Source: Chloroflexia bacterium (GTDB lineage: Bacteria; Chloroflexota; Chloroflexia; QHBQ01; JADMIH01). Taken from it: 64,000 bases of DNA. Position numbers and translations under genes: made by a program. Positions 21,717-31,863 of this stretch are shown piece after piece. A model generated the notes under the pieces. That model was not told the DNA's origin, did no database searches, and saw only the letters and a list, made by a program, of their open reading frames with translations. The stretch covers positions 5,456-69,455 of the forward strand of contig DATEOC010000017.1 in assembly GCA_035274425.1 (NCBI GenBank), read 5' to 3'. The number at the start of each line of letters is the position of its first letter. The stretch's first letter is position 1.

Positions 21717-22619
21717 CTATGCTCGAAGCGCTCGCCTGATCGCCTTCACGGTGTTGCGGAGGAGCATCGCGCTGGTGACGGGGCCGGTGCCGCCTGGTAC
21801 GGGCGTGATGGCACCGACGACTTTGACAGCTTCATCAAAATCAACGTCGCCGCGCATCTGGCCGTCAACCATGCTAGCTCCGAAGTCCAGAACGGCAGCG
21901 TCCGGCTTCAACCACTCTCCCCTTATGAAGCCGGCCTTGCCGATAGCGCATGCTACTATATCAGCCTCATGTACCAGTTGCGGAAGATTACGGCTGCGGG
22001 AATGGGCAATAGTAACAGTCGCGTTGCGTGCCAATAGGAGCTGCGCCATAGGCTTTCCAACTACGTCACTTCGCCCGATTACGAGCGCGCTCTTGCCCGC
22101 AATCGGGATGCCATAGTGGTCGAGCAAGGCTATACCGCCCGATGGAGTGGCGGGCGCGTAAGAGTCGAGGCCCAGCACCAACCGCCCGGCATTCAGAGGG
22201 TGTATCCCATCAACATCCTTCTCAGGGTCGAGCACGTCTATGACATCCTTGAGGGCGATCTGCTGGGGTAGAGGCATCTGCATGATGATACCTGCTATTT
22301 CGGGCAGGGCGCTGAACCTGGCAAGCTCGGCCTGGAGCATGGCGCGTAAGGCATTCGGTGGGAGGGACTCTACCGTAACGGTCAACCCAGCAGCGGAGAA
22401 GGACTGCGTTATACGCTCCGCATAATGGAGGGAGGCAGGGTCGTCACCTACCCTTACTACTGCCAGCCCTGGCAATATGCTAAAACGCTCACTAAGCGCG
22501 GCTATCTCTTCATTACATCGCTTGCGTATGATGTTAGCTACCGGACGCCCGGCCATCAACAGGGCAGACTCGCTCTCATACGTTTCTGATTGTGGCTCCG
22601 AGGCCAGTGCGACTGTCAT
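21717..22619 (-). CDS. folD: Bifunctional 5,10-methylene-THF dehydrogenase / 5,10-methenyl-THF cyclohydrolase
   Basis: GKSALVIGRSDVVGKPMAQLLL..ATVTIAHSRS and PGLAVVRVGDDPAS blocks match FolD. Start set at MTVALAS (22619); the longer ORF to 22721 would give an atypical 34-aa extension. Confidence 0.8.
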   Translation of the reverse strand: MTVALASEPQSETYESESALLMAGRPVANIIRKRCNEEIAALSERFSILPGLAVVRVGDDPASLHYAERITQSFSAAGLTVTVESLPPNALRAMLQAELARFSALPEIAGIIMQMPLPQQIALKDVIDVLDPEKDVDGIHPLNAGRLVLGLDSYAPATPSGGIALLDHYGIPIAGKSALVIGRSDVVGKPMAQLLLARNATVTIAHSRSRNLPQLVHEADIVACAIGKAGFIRGEWLKPDAAVLDFGASMVDGQMRGDVDFDEAVKVVGAITPVPGGTGPVTSAMLLRNTVKAIRRALRA

Positions 22620-22742
22620 TGTGTCGAATACTTTCTGCTTTTTGGGCCGTAACAAAGAGGGTAGGTTGCTTGATCCTGGGCGGTTCCCGAACCGCCCCGA
22701 CAGAGGTCTTGTGCCATCCACAGAAGGGCAACTCTGACTCTA

Positions 22743-23498
22743 TTATACTGCAAACTCGGCTGCGGCTTTGCCTGTGCGCCCTGTGGATAACGGATCTATA
22801 ACGCTGGGAAGATCGGTATGTCCAGGGAGGTGCTCGATAGAGTTGAAGAAGAGCATACGATGAGTCAAGCTCGTGTGAGAAATCGCTATCGCGGTTACGC
22901 CGGTGTTCGACATCCGCGCCCGGCGCGTGTCCCAGGTCTCTTGCAGGTCCCAGACGTTAGTTGCGGCAATGTATGCGGAGAGGGCAGCTCCATGCGAAAC
23001 GACAATGATAGCTTCACCACGATGCGCTTTGATCGTATCGTCCAGGTAGCCGTTGATGCGGCGCTGCACGTCGGGTATGCTCTCCCCGCCTGGGAGGGTG
23101 TAACCGCATATATCCTCGCGCCAGCGCTGTAACTCTCCAGGGTACTTCTCCTCCACCTTTTCCACGGTCAGTCCCTGCCACTCGCCACAATTCAATTCCC
23201 TCAGTTCCGCACTGTAAGATGGCTCGATCCTGAGGCGAGCAGAGATGGGCCGCACCGTAGCTCTCGCCCGGTGCAGGTCGCTGCTGTAGATGGCCGTGAA
23301 TCGTACGGGCTGGCTCGCAATCCAGTTCGCAACCTGCTCTGCTTGCTCTTCACCCATACTGTTGAGTTGAACATCGAATTGCCCCTGGAAGCGGCGCTCG
23401 ACGTTCCACGCCGTCTCCGCGTGGCGCACCAAGTAGAGGAGGGTCTCGTCCTGACTTATCTGGAGATCGCTACGCCCATCATGGTGGCCGCTATTCAT
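22743..23498 (-). CDS. Histidine phosphatase family protein (phosphoglycerate-mutase-like)
   Basis: LYLVRHAETAWN...RFQGQ, the RHG catalytic motif of histidine phosphatase branch 1. Confidence 0.7.
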   Translation of the reverse strand: MNSGHHDGRSDLQISQDETLLYLVRHAETAWNVERRFQGQFDVQLNSMGEEQAEQVANWIASQPVRFTAIYSSDLHRARATVRPISARLRIEPSYSAELRELNCGEWQGLTVEKVEEKYPGELQRWREDICGYTLPGGESIPDVQRRINGYLDDTIKAHRGEAIIVVSHGAALSAYIAATNVWDLQETWDTRRARMSNTGVTAIAISHTSLTHRMLFFNSIEHLPGHTDLPSVIDPLSTGRTGKAAAEFAV

Positions 23499-24463
23499 CC
23501 TGGCGGCTCGTGGTGTCGCGTGGGCAAGAGGGTCTTCCAGTAATGGTCGGTCCGGTGAACGGGATACCAGCCCATCTTTTCGTAGAGAGCGCGCGCAGGC
23601 TTGTTGCTGTCCTCAACGAACAGCGTGGCGCTGTCCATCCCCTGGCTCGCGATGAATAGAAGGGTCTGGCGCATGAGCGCCTCGGCGATACCTCTACCCC
23701 TGTACTCAGGAAGCACGCCGACGGTGCCGATATAGCCAACCGGCATGCCGCCTATGCTGTCGCGCCGGGCGCGGCTAGTGCCGATTTCCTCTCCCGTGGC
23801 GCTGTCCACTGCGTAAAAATAGCCGTTGGGACCGCTCTCTGGATCAGATACCTGCGCAAGTATCATCTCTGGAGTGGCGTGCTCGCCGAAAGCGGCGGTG
23901 ACGAGATGTGCCCATTTTACCGCATCGTCATGCTCGTTCCTGAAGACCCTGCACTCTATTCCCTCAGGCCAGTGCGGCGGCCCGACCTGGCTGATCTGGT
24001 CAATACGCAGCCGCCAGTACGCTGAATTACACTTGAAGCCCCGCTTTTCGAGGAAGTGGATGGTAGCGCTCTTGTCAGTCCCTGGGGACATAAACACGGT
24101 CGAAGTCAGGTGCGTCGCTCGCAACTCATGGGAGCGGGACTCTATCAAGTCGTACAGAGCCGAACCGATGCCAAGACGCTGGTGCCTGGGGTGAACGGCG
24201 ATTTCCATGCCGATGCGAAGGGGGTCCCGTCTGGAAACGGCCGATTGGGAGAAGGCTATGAGGCCATCGTCAGGCCCAGGTAGAACACTGACGTCCTGCT
24301 CCGGCTTCAAGTCCCAGTGCCGCCACCTGTTCAACAGGTCTTGCGGCGTGGGTGGGTATGGCGGCCACGCATCAGCAGCACCCAACAGTTGGGCCAGCCC
24401 TTCGATGTCACTCGCCGTGTAGGGACGCAGCCCCTGGAGAAGCTTATTCATAAGGCGTGTCAA
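23495..24463 (-). CDS. GNAT-family N-acetyltransferase (apparently two acetyltransferase folds)
   Basis: The QRLGIGSALY and RGRGIAEALM segments resemble acetyl-CoA binding motif A (Q/RxxGxG/A) in two halves. The stop overlaps the start of the downstream gene (ATGA). Confidence 0.55.
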   Translation of the reverse strand: MTRLMNKLLQGLRPYTASDIEGLAQLLGAADAWPPYPPTPQDLLNRWRHWDLKPEQDVSVLPGPDDGLIAFSQSAVSRRDPLRIGMEIAVHPRHQRLGIGSALYDLIESRSHELRATHLTSTVFMSPGTDKSATIHFLEKRGFKCNSAYWRLRIDQISQVGPPHWPEGIECRVFRNEHDDAVKWAHLVTAAFGEHATPEMILAQVSDPESGPNGYFYAVDSATGEEIGTSRARRDSIGGMPVGYIGTVGVLPEYRGRGIAEALMRQTLLFIASQGMDSATLFVEDSNKPARALYEKMGWYPVHRTDHYWKTLLPTRHHEPPG

Positions 24464-24533
24464 TAGGAGTCAGGAATCAGGAAGGAGGAGTTTGAATGGG
24501 GCTTGCGAGTTGCCCTATTACCTGACTCCTTGT

Positions 24534-25538
24534 TCAAAACCGCCTCTGTACCACAAAGTCGGCAAGGTCAGCGAGCAACTTGCGAGCGGGGATGTCCTGG
24601 AAGCCTGCGAGCGAGGCCTTGGCTTCGTCCACGAAGCGTTGGGCAATCGCATGGCCGCGCTCAGGCGCGTCGGACGCGACTATGCGCTCGATAGTGGCCT
24701 CCGCCAGATCCTCTCGGCCATCGGCCCTTTCGACCACACGGCGAACGGCCTCGCGCTCCTCCGCCCCGGCTCGCTCCAGGTACAATATGGTGGGAAGGGT
24801 GACGTTACCATGTAGGAGGTCGCTCCCTGCCGGTTTCCCAAGCTCCTCCGAGGTTGCTCGCACGTCGAGAATATCATCCACGATCTGGAAGGCCATACCA
24901 ATCTGGCGGCCATAATGTCGCAGGCGCTGCACGTCATCTTCGGGCGCGTCCGATAGCACGGCACCTATCTCCCCGGCGGCGGCGAAAAGCACAGCCGTCT
25001 TCGCGTAGATGCGCGAGAAATATTGCTCGATAGATATATCGAGGTGGTGTGTCGCGAATTTCTGCTCTATCTCCCCCTCGGAGATGGTCACCAGCGACTC
25101 GGCGAATATGCGCGTGGCCCTTTGAACGCCACCCATCGTGCTGAGCACAGCGGACTTCGCGAAAAGGTAATCACCTACAAGCACCGTTGTGCCGGGGTCG
25201 ATCATAGAGTTGAGGGTTGGGAGGCCGCGCCTGGTGAGCGCCTGGTCTATCGTGTCGTCGTGGATAAGGGAGGCGGTATGCAGCAGCTCAATGGCGGCGG
25301 CGAGCGGGAGAAGCCGGTCCAGGTCATAGCGGTGAAACTTGGCAACGAGAAAGAGTATAGCCGGGCGCAACCTCTTACCGCCCGCTGCGATAATCGCTTC
25401 AACCGCCTGGCGTAATATTGGGTGCTCCAGGGTGGTGACAGAGCGCAGGATGTCGTCTATCCTGGCTATATCATCGCTGACCGGCGCTATGATAGCCTTT
25501 GCAGAGAGGCCCGTTTGTGGAGTGGTGTGAGTCGTCAT
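24534..25538 (-). CDS. Polyprenyl diphosphate synthase (trans-isoprenyl diphosphate synthase family)
   Basis: First and second Asp-rich motifs LIHDDTID and FQIVDDILD. Start set at MTTHTT (25538), which has AGGA about 10 nt upstream. Confidence 0.8.
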   Translation of the reverse strand: MTTHTTPQTGLSAKAIIAPVSDDIARIDDILRSVTTLEHPILRQAVEAIIAAGGKRLRPAILFLVAKFHRYDLDRLLPLAAAIELLHTASLIHDDTIDQALTRRGLPTLNSMIDPGTTVLVGDYLFAKSAVLSTMGGVQRATRIFAESLVTISEGEIEQKFATHHLDISIEQYFSRIYAKTAVLFAAAGEIGAVLSDAPEDDVQRLRHYGRQIGMAFQIVDDILDVRATSEELGKPAGSDLLHGNVTLPTILYLERAGAEEREAVRRVVERADGREDLAEATIERIVASDAPERGHAIAQRFVDEAKASLAGFQDIPARKLLADLADFVVQRRF

Positions 25539-25689
25539 TTTGTCAGTCCTGCGCCGGTTCCCGCATTCTTCCCATTTTGAGTATAGCAATGCCCCAAAAG
25601 ATTGTCAAGATTATCACAAACTTTTGTCTTAAGCTGAAGAGCGCATATAATGGAGGTGTTGTCCTTTACTCTGATAATACGCAAGAGAA

Positions 25690-26931
25690 GTGCCGCCAGT
25701 TCAAATTATGGCAATGCAAGTGACAGTAAAAGCAGAGAGTACGAGCCGGAGCGCCTGCTATGATTGGCGCAAAGAGCAGGTTGGCCTCTATCTGCACGTG
25801 CCATTTTGCGAGTCGAAGTGCATCTACTGCGACTTCAACTCTTATGCGCGGATGGAGGACAAATACGGCCCGTTTGTGGAGGCCATCTGCGCTGACATAA
25901 GGAGGGGAGTGTCGTGGGACCTGGAAGGAGCGGTTGATTGTGAGGGGGCCAAGGTGTCTACCATCTTCTTTGGTGGCGGTACCCCCAGCGTATTGCAACC
26001 CGCCCAGATTGATGCCATTTTGCGGGCCGCTCATGGCAGGTACGCTATAAAGCCTGGCGCGGAGATCAGTATGGAAGCTAACCCAGGCACAATCAGCCTG
26101 GAGAATTTCGAGGGGTATTTGCGTGCCGGTGTCAACAGGTTGAGTATGGGCGTGCAGGTGCTCGATGATGCCATGCTGAAGAAGCTGGGCCGCATCCACA
26201 GCACGGAGGGCGCGCTCGAGTCATACCGGCTGGCGCGGGAGGCGGGCTTCGACAATGTAAACCTGGACTTCATATTCGGGCTGCCCGGTCAGGACGTAGC
26301 GCACCTGGATAGCATGCTTGAGCGCCTTCTTGCGCTGCCCTCCTTGCCGGACCATCTCTCATTCTACTCATTGATTGTCGAAGAGCACACGCCCTTATAT
26401 GTGGGGGTCATGCGCGGGCTGATAGAGGTGCCGGGCGAAGACGAAGTCGCCGATATGTACGAGCTGATCTGTGAGCGCCTGGGGCGTGCAGGGTACGAGC
26501 AGTACGAAATCTCTAACTGGACGCTAGGCAAGCCATGCGCACATAACCTGGTCTACTGGCACGATGAGCGCTATCTTGCCTTCGGGCCGGGGGCGAGCGG
26601 CTACTGGGAGAATATGCGCTACACCACCGTGCTTGGCCCGGCGGATTACATAGAGCGCGTCGCCCAGGGAAGGAGCGTCATCGCGGACCGCGCCGAAATC
26701 TCGGCCACAGAGGGGATGAACGAATTCATGATGCTCGGCCTACGCCTGAACGCGGGTGTCAGTCGCGATGACTTCTCCAGGCGATTCGGTAGGCCAGTGG
26801 ACTCGATCTTCGCGGTAGAGCTAGATGAATTGCACCGCTCCGGCCTGCTTGAGTCGGTGGATGGTTACGTAAGGCTGACCACGCGTGGCCGCTTGCTGGG
26901 GAACGAAGCGTTCGCTCGGTTTGTGGAATGA
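25690..26931 (+). CDS. hemW: Radical SAM family heme chaperone / coproporphyrinogen-III-oxidase-like protein
   Basis: LYLHVPFCESKCIYCDFNS (CxxxCxxC radical SAM cluster) in the HemW/HemN-like context. The true start may be a few codons downstream of 25690. Confidence 0.75.
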   Translation: MPPVQIMAMQVTVKAESTSRSACYDWRKEQVGLYLHVPFCESKCIYCDFNSYARMEDKYGPFVEAICADIRRGVSWDLEGAVDCEGAKVSTIFFGGGTPSVLQPAQIDAILRAAHGRYAIKPGAEISMEANPGTISLENFEGYLRAGVNRLSMGVQVLDDAMLKKLGRIHSTEGALESYRLAREAGFDNVNLDFIFGLPGQDVAHLDSMLERLLALPSLPDHLSFYSLIVEEHTPLYVGVMRGLIEVPGEDEVADMYELICERLGRAGYEQYEISNWTLGKPCAHNLVYWHDERYLAFGPGASGYWENMRYTTVLGPADYIERVAQGRSVIADRAEISATEGMNEFMMLGLRLNAGVSRDDFSRRFGRPVDSIFAVELDELHRSGLLESVDGYVRLTTRGRLLGNEAFARFVE

Positions 26932-26995
26932 CGCCTTAGAACCTGTGTACCAACGGCATGCCGAGACTTACGAGCTTGAATGACGAAGCACTCCT

Positions 26996-27112
26996 CGGCC
27001 TGTCATTCTGAGCGAAGCGAAGAATCTAAAGATGATGGGATCAAGAGAGCTTCGGGTAAACATCACAGGTGGGTTAGATTTTTAGATTCTTCACTTCGTT
27101 CAGAATGACACA
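26996..27112. repeat. Copy 2 of the CCTGTCATTCTGAGCGAAGCGAAGAATCTAAAG palindromic element (31-bp arms, ~45-nt loop) between convergent hemW and maf
   Basis: cctgtcattctgagcgaagcgaagaatctaaa ... tttagattcttcacttcgttcagaatgacac. Confidence 0.75.
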
Positions 27113-27262
27113 CTATCTTGGTCTTCTTACTCGAACTTGCAAGATGCACCACTCAGAACGACAGGGTATCGAGTATGCTTTTTGGATACCCCCTCAGAAT
27201 GAAATAGAGCGGGGTCGAGTGCTAAAACAGCCTTTAGCGCGGCAAATATCTCTGAGTGGGCA

Positions 27263-27958
27263 TTAGAGATATTGGTGCATACAGAAATTGCAGTAGCCGC
27301 CCTCGGGTCGGGGAAGGACATCCACCTGAAAGGCGGTGAGCGCGGTTTGTACAGCGCACAACGGTAGGCCGATCACAGTGGTAACGCACCCCTCGACGTG
27401 CTCGATTAGCCTCCCACCCAGCCCCTGAAGTGCGTAAGCGCCAGCCTTATCGCTATGCTCCCCAGTAGCTACATATCCCTCAAGCTCTTTGGCACCGAAC
27501 TGGCGCATAATTACTCTGGTCAGAACGGCCTGCGAGTGAAGAGTTCGTGGGGTAGTGCCTTCAGCGCGTACCAGCACGAATCCGGTAGCCACATAATGTG
27601 CCTGACCTCGGAGTAATGTCAGCATACGCAAAGCGTCGGTGGTGTCCACGGGCTTGCCCAGCAGCTCCCCAGGCGCGATAACCACCGTATCCGCAGCGAG
27701 CACAATCGCGTCTGCCGACTGCTCAAGGGAAAGGGTAGAGAGGGCATCAACAGCCTTGCGCCAGGCCCACAGGCGAGGGTCAGATGTATGGGGCACGCTG
27801 AAGGGGGCGGGCAAAGCGAGTGGCTCTAGTTCCCATTCAGGGTACGTCTCTGATCCCACTTCCTCTACTGTGCTTACTACGGTCGAAAATGAGGGAACGA
27901 GCCGCCGTATAAGCTCCTGTCGCCTGGGAGATGCGGAAGCGAGAATTACCTGGGGCAT
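27263..27958 (-). CDS. maf: Maf-like nucleoside triphosphate pyrophosphatase (septum formation protein Maf)
   Basis: VILASASPRRQELI N-terminal Maf signature. Start set at MPQVILAS. The longer ORF (to 28003) would translate a GAAGTCC heptamer array into KPKSEVRSPKSE and overlap the ruvA stop. Confidence 0.75.
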   Translation of the reverse strand: MPQVILASASPRRQELIRRLVPSFSTVVSTVEEVGSETYPEWELEPLALPAPFSVPHTSDPRLWAWRKAVDALSTLSLEQSADAIVLAADTVVIAPGELLGKPVDTTDALRMLTLLRGQAHYVATGFVLVRAEGTTPRTLHSQAVLTRVIMRQFGAKELEGYVATGEHSDKAGAYALQGLGGRLIEHVEGCVTTVIGLPLCAVQTALTAFQVDVLPRPEGGYCNFCMHQYL

Positions 27959-27992
27959 TTCGGACTTTGGACTTCGGACTTCGGACTTCGGT

Positions 27993-28571
27993 TTATCGCC
28001 CAAGCCGCTTGAGGGCGAACATTATCATCTCCTCTGTGCCCATTTCGCTATCTTTGGGGAGGGCTGAGAGGGCGGCCTGAATCTCGGCGGGATTGTAGCC
28101 CAGGCTGCTGAGGGCCTCTACTACTTCGCCCGTGGCGACGGTGGCGGGGGTAGCCCCTGCAAGCGCGTTCGCGTCAATCTTCCCTTTCAGCTCCAGGACG
28201 AGGCGAGCCGCCGACTTGCGTCCGATGCCCGGTATGCGGGTAAGGAGCTCTATGTTGCCCGACGCGATAGCCCCTTCGAGGGCGTCAACAGGCATAGTGC
28301 CCATGATAGCGAGCGCGGCTTTGGGTCCAATGCCTGACACCCCCAGGAGCGTCTCGAATAGCCTGATTTGCCTCTCTTCAGGAGCGCCGTAGAGGGCTAG
28401 CTGGTCTTCGCGCACGTAGAGGTAGGTGTGCAGGCGCGCCGTGTCACCGATCTTGCCTATGCCCCCAACCAGGGAGCCTGGCATCGCTACACGGTAGAAG
28501 ACTCCTCCAACGTTGAGCACGGCATAATCGGGGCCGAGCGCGCTGATCTTCCCTTCCAGTCCGGCAATCAT
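27993..28571 (-). CDS. ruvA: Holliday junction DNA helicase subunit RuvA
   Basis: MIAGLEGKISALGPDYAVLNVGGVFYRV OB-fold N-terminus. Internal HhH motifs (LLGVSGIGPKAALAIL, LTRIPGIGRKSAARL). 192 aa. Confidence 0.9.
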   Translation of the reverse strand: MIAGLEGKISALGPDYAVLNVGGVFYRVAMPGSLVGGIGKIGDTARLHTYLYVREDQLALYGAPEERQIRLFETLLGVSGIGPKAALAIMGTMPVDALEGAIASGNIELLTRIPGIGRKSAARLVLELKGKIDANALAGATPATVATGEVVEALSSLGYNPAEIQAALSALPKDSEMGTEEMIMFALKRLGR

Positions 28572-28573
28572 CG

Positions 28574-30946
28574 TTAGCGCGTCCCCGTTCTGAATTGCGG
28601 CGTGGTCTCTTCACTTTTGGAAGTTCGTGTAGATGCTGCCCTGCCTCTAGCTGGACTTCCTTTGGCTGTGCTCACTTTTTCGGGCGCGTTGCCCAACTCA
28701 GAATTGCTGCCATTCCCGGCAGACGGGTTCGCGATGCGCGGGAAGTAGCCTGCGCCCCGCAACTCCTTTAGCAGACGTTGGGCAGGACTTTCGCGTCCGG
28801 ACTCCGAAGCGGGTGGCAGGGCGGCAATCGCGATGGTAGGGGTGAGGCGGCGCGTAATGTAGCGCTTGGTCTTGCGCGACGCCATCAATTCATCCAGCAC
28901 GGTGGGGTCCGCGACCTCAACGATTGTAACCTCTACGATGTCGAGGCGCTTTATCAGGCGCTCCCAGTCAGCAATTGAATGGGCGACGTTCTGAGGGAGG
29001 GCCTTGCCGGTGTTGGCCTCCAGAAAGCCCTTTATTTCCTCCCCCGTAAGCCCCGACTCGACGGCTCGTACCACGCTCTCCTTGTTGATGGTATAGACGC
29101 TAACGCGGTCATGGCGCACCAGGTCGGACATGCGGAGGAGGTTCCACACCACCGCGCTCTCCGGGTGTAGCACCAGCACCTCGAAGTTAGGCTGTACCAT
29201 CAGGCCCATGCTATTTTGGATTTTGGATTTTGGATTTTGGATTTGGGGTGTAGCTTGGGCGGCCTCTTCTCCCTTTTGGCTGCTGCCTTCAGCCTTGTGG
29301 CCGTTGGCTGGGGCGAATAAGGCCTGGCCCTCCGGGGTGACGCGGAAGGAGATGAAGCGCCTCTGCTTGTCACGCCCGATCTCTACAGCACCCAGCCAGT
29401 TGAGCATCGTCCTCAGCATATCGGCGATAATGCGGCCCTCTATCTCGAACCAATGGCTCCTGAAGCCCTGCAAGGCGCGCAAGCCAAATCTCTTCACCAG
29501 CTCGTCCTGGCTCCATATCAAGAAGGGGTCTATCAGTTGAATGCGCCTTAAAAAACCGTCCAGGTTGATCCACTCGCCTGCGGTGAGGCCGAGGAGGTGC
29601 TTCGCGAGGCGCTTGCGCGCGCCTGTGAGGTCGCTATTCCACCAATAGATAGTGCCGTACGTGGCCGGCTCGGCCCACTTGCGGTCCTCCTGCCAGAGGC
29701 CATACAGGCGGCGGCGTTGCGCCTCGAAGGAGAGCTTCGACCACTCTTCCGCCTTGGGGGCGAGAGCGAGCGTCACCTGCTCGCCCTGTTGCTCGACAAG
29801 CAACCCCAGGGAGCGGGCCAGATGGACTACCATATCTATATATTCGCTCTCGCTCTTGATGTCAGCAGGGTGGAGGAAGGCGTCGTTTATTCGCTTCGCG
29901 ACGCGCTTCGTAATTCGGGAGTCCTGGAGGGTCAATTGAAGCTCGCCTTGCAGGCCCGTCGCCAGGAGGGTCAGCATGTCCCAGGGCATCTCATAGGGGA
30001 GGCGGCTTTCGATAGTGTGCGGCGCGGGCGCGACGAGCTTAGGCTGCATGATAGGGGCGGTCTCGTTACCGCCTGAGGAGCGATTCAGCAAGTCCTGGGG
30101 CACGAAGAGGAAGCGCTTTTCTCCGACCAATACATCCCACACGAGCGCCCTTTGCACCAGGGGCGCTACGGCTGCGCGCATCTCACGGTCGTCCCAGTGG
30201 AAGTGGCGGCGCGCCTCGGCAGCCCTGACCGCTCCACCCCCTTTCTCTACGTGTTCGAGCAGCTTCTGGGAGCTTAGCGAGAGGGTAGAGATGAGTAGCT
30301 GGCGACCCTGCCCGGCGGCAAGGAACTCGCTCATGACCCCGATCAATTCTGATTTGTAATAGCGAGTAGTTTCGGGCAGTTTCCATGTGGCGGCGATGCG
30401 CTGTATCTCTTCCTGGTCGAGGCCCTCAAGGAGGGCGGCGAACGGCTCATCGAAGGGCGGGGGGCGCTTGCTCTCATCGATAATGTCCCGGAGGATCTTT
30501 GCCTCTTCCGCCGCGATAGAGACCACGCGGCGCTTGACCGCCTCAGCCTGGTTCTTGGGCGCCCAGGCGTAGAGATTATCGCCGGAGGAGACGACGCGCG
30601 TCCCGCGCACCATCACCTCGTCAACGTCTACCAGGCCGAGGCGTCTCGTCCAATCGAGGATGGGGGTGACCTCTTCTTCGGGGCGGGCGAATTGCGCGGG
30701 TAGGTCGTCCACGAGCGCCAGCATGTTGCGCTGGTTGAGGAGCCAACCGAGGAAAGCGCGTGCGTCAGGCTCCAGGTTCTCCCAGATGTTGCGCGTCGCG
30801 GACCGCTCCACCATCGTATGGTAGACCGCTATCGCCAGGTCGTTATGCGTGGGGTTCTGGTCGCGGTTGATAGTGCCCCATGCGTTGGCAATTACCTTTA
30901 ATTCTTCAAAGGGCCGGCTCATCAGCCGCCCAAGAAGGTTCTTCAA
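28574..30946 (-). CDS. Large hypothetical protein (790 aa), co-oriented and translationally coupled with ruvA-maf; carries an in-frame GGATTTT heptamer array
   Basis: Long intact ORF with coding-like composition and no motif I can recognise. nt 29215-29246 (ttttggattttggattttggatttgggg) translates in frame as PQIQNPKSKIQNS. Confidence 0.5.
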   Translation of the reverse strand: MKNLLGRLMSRPFEELKVIANAWGTINRDQNPTHNDLAIAVYHTMVERSATRNIWENLEPDARAFLGWLLNQRNMLALVDDLPAQFARPEEEVTPILDWTRRLGLVDVDEVMVRGTRVVSSGDNLYAWAPKNQAEAVKRRVVSIAAEEAKILRDIIDESKRPPPFDEPFAALLEGLDQEEIQRIAATWKLPETTRYYKSELIGVMSEFLAAGQGRQLLISTLSLSSQKLLEHVEKGGGAVRAAEARRHFHWDDREMRAAVAPLVQRALVWDVLVGEKRFLFVPQDLLNRSSGGNETAPIMQPKLVAPAPHTIESRLPYEMPWDMLTLLATGLQGELQLTLQDSRITKRVAKRINDAFLHPADIKSESEYIDMVVHLARSLGLLVEQQGEQVTLALAPKAEEWSKLSFEAQRRRLYGLWQEDRKWAEPATYGTIYWWNSDLTGARKRLAKHLLGLTAGEWINLDGFLRRIQLIDPFLIWSQDELVKRFGLRALQGFRSHWFEIEGRIIADMLRTMLNWLGAVEIGRDKQRRFISFRVTPEGQALFAPANGHKAEGSSQKGEEAAQATPQIQNPKSKIQNSMGLMVQPNFEVLVLHPESAVVWNLLRMSDLVRHDRVSVYTINKESVVRAVESGLTGEEIKGFLEANTGKALPQNVAHSIADWERLIKRLDIVEVTIVEVADPTVLDELMASRKTKRYITRRLTPTIAIAALPPASESGRESPAQRLLKELRGAGYFPRIANPSAGNGSNSELGNAPEKVSTAKGSPARGRAASTRTSKSEETTPQFRTGTR
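29215..29246. repeat. GGATTTT heptamer tandem array inside the 790-aa CDS (in frame)
   Basis: Direct reading. The same heptamer family occurs in NRPS module 1 (51725-51802). Confidence 0.85.
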
Positions 30947-31019
30947 ATTGCAGCCTCCGACAAAACGGGATTCGCGGACATTACCTTAGACTATAACTAA
31001 AGAGGTGCCTGGTGTCAAA

Positions 31020-31770
31020 TGCTGTTGGGGACGACGGAGGACGGACGATAGACTGATTAAACGCCAAGACGCCAAGATGACGAAGGACGCCAAGATTATT
31101 TATGGGTATTCACCGCAGAGACGCAGAGGTCTTATGGGGAGTGGTCTTGGTGGTGTTGGTGGGTGCGGGGGTAAGGGCATGGCGACGCCATGCCCCTACG
31201 GGCGCGTTGGGTTGTTGGGTTGGGTGCCCCTGTGCCGCAACTGGTTCCTGGTGATTTATCTCGGTGCCTGGGGTGCCTCTAAATACACCACCAGGGGTGA
31301 GCTTTGGGCATGGCGCTCCTACCAGGTGAGGATTGACCTGCGCTGTGCCGTTGTGTCGAATGTGGAGTAGCGAGTGGAGTGTGGAGCGTGAAACGTGAAA
31401 CGTGAAACGTGAGTGTAGATGTACTCGGTACTCGATATTCTGGGCTGAGACCTCCTTTTCGGGGGTGACGAGGGAGAGTGTAACTCCCTTGATGATAGGG
31501 ACACCAGCGGGACCCTTTGGGTTGGACCTCGACTGCGGACGGCGAGGTCGGAAATGCATCTCTATTAACTTAATCCCCTTTCGGGGGTAAAATGGGACAG
31601 CTTTTTGGGCCAATTTCCCAAATTGGTCCGAAATTGGTGGTTTTGAGGGCGTTTGGGAGGGCGATAGACGATAGACGATAGACGATAGACGACAGACGAC
31701 AGACGACAGACGACGAAGGACGAAGGACGAATTGGTCATCAGCTACTCGCTACTCGCTACTCGCTACTCA
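31020..31770. repeat. ~900-bp non-coding region densely packed with heptamer/octamer tandem repeats (GACGGAC, ACGCCAAG, GTGAAAC x3, TACTCGG, GATAGAC x4, GACAGAC x3, GACGAAG x2, TACTCGC x4) and G-rich tracts
   Basis: Direct reading, e.g. 31391-31411 cgtgaaacgtgaaacgtgaaacg and 31665-31770 gatagacgatagacgatagacgatagacgacagacgacagacgacagacgacgaaggacgaaggacga...ctactcgctactcgctactcgctactc. ORFs called across it (31005..31370+, 31110..31739-) are repeat-encoded and judged spurious. Confidence 0.8.
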
Positions 31771-31863
31771 TTACTCCCGGTTGTTGCACTCCGGAACCTT
31801 ATCACGTATATTGTGCAACTAGATAAGGGAACAATTCAGGGGGAATGAGGGGGCTGACTGCGC

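Noticed and set aside
25666-26273. Minus-strand ORFs 25666..26199 and 26031..26273 overlapping hemW
   Set aside because: Embedded antisense to a radical-SAM gene with clear CxxxCxxC motif. No independent support.
31005-31739. ORFs 31005..31370(+) and 31110..31739(-) in the 30.9-31.9 kb gap
   Set aside because: They are translated mostly from heptamer tandem repeats and G-rich tracts and have no motifs. The region is treated as non-coding repeat DNA, and an unrecognised ncRNA cannot be excluded.
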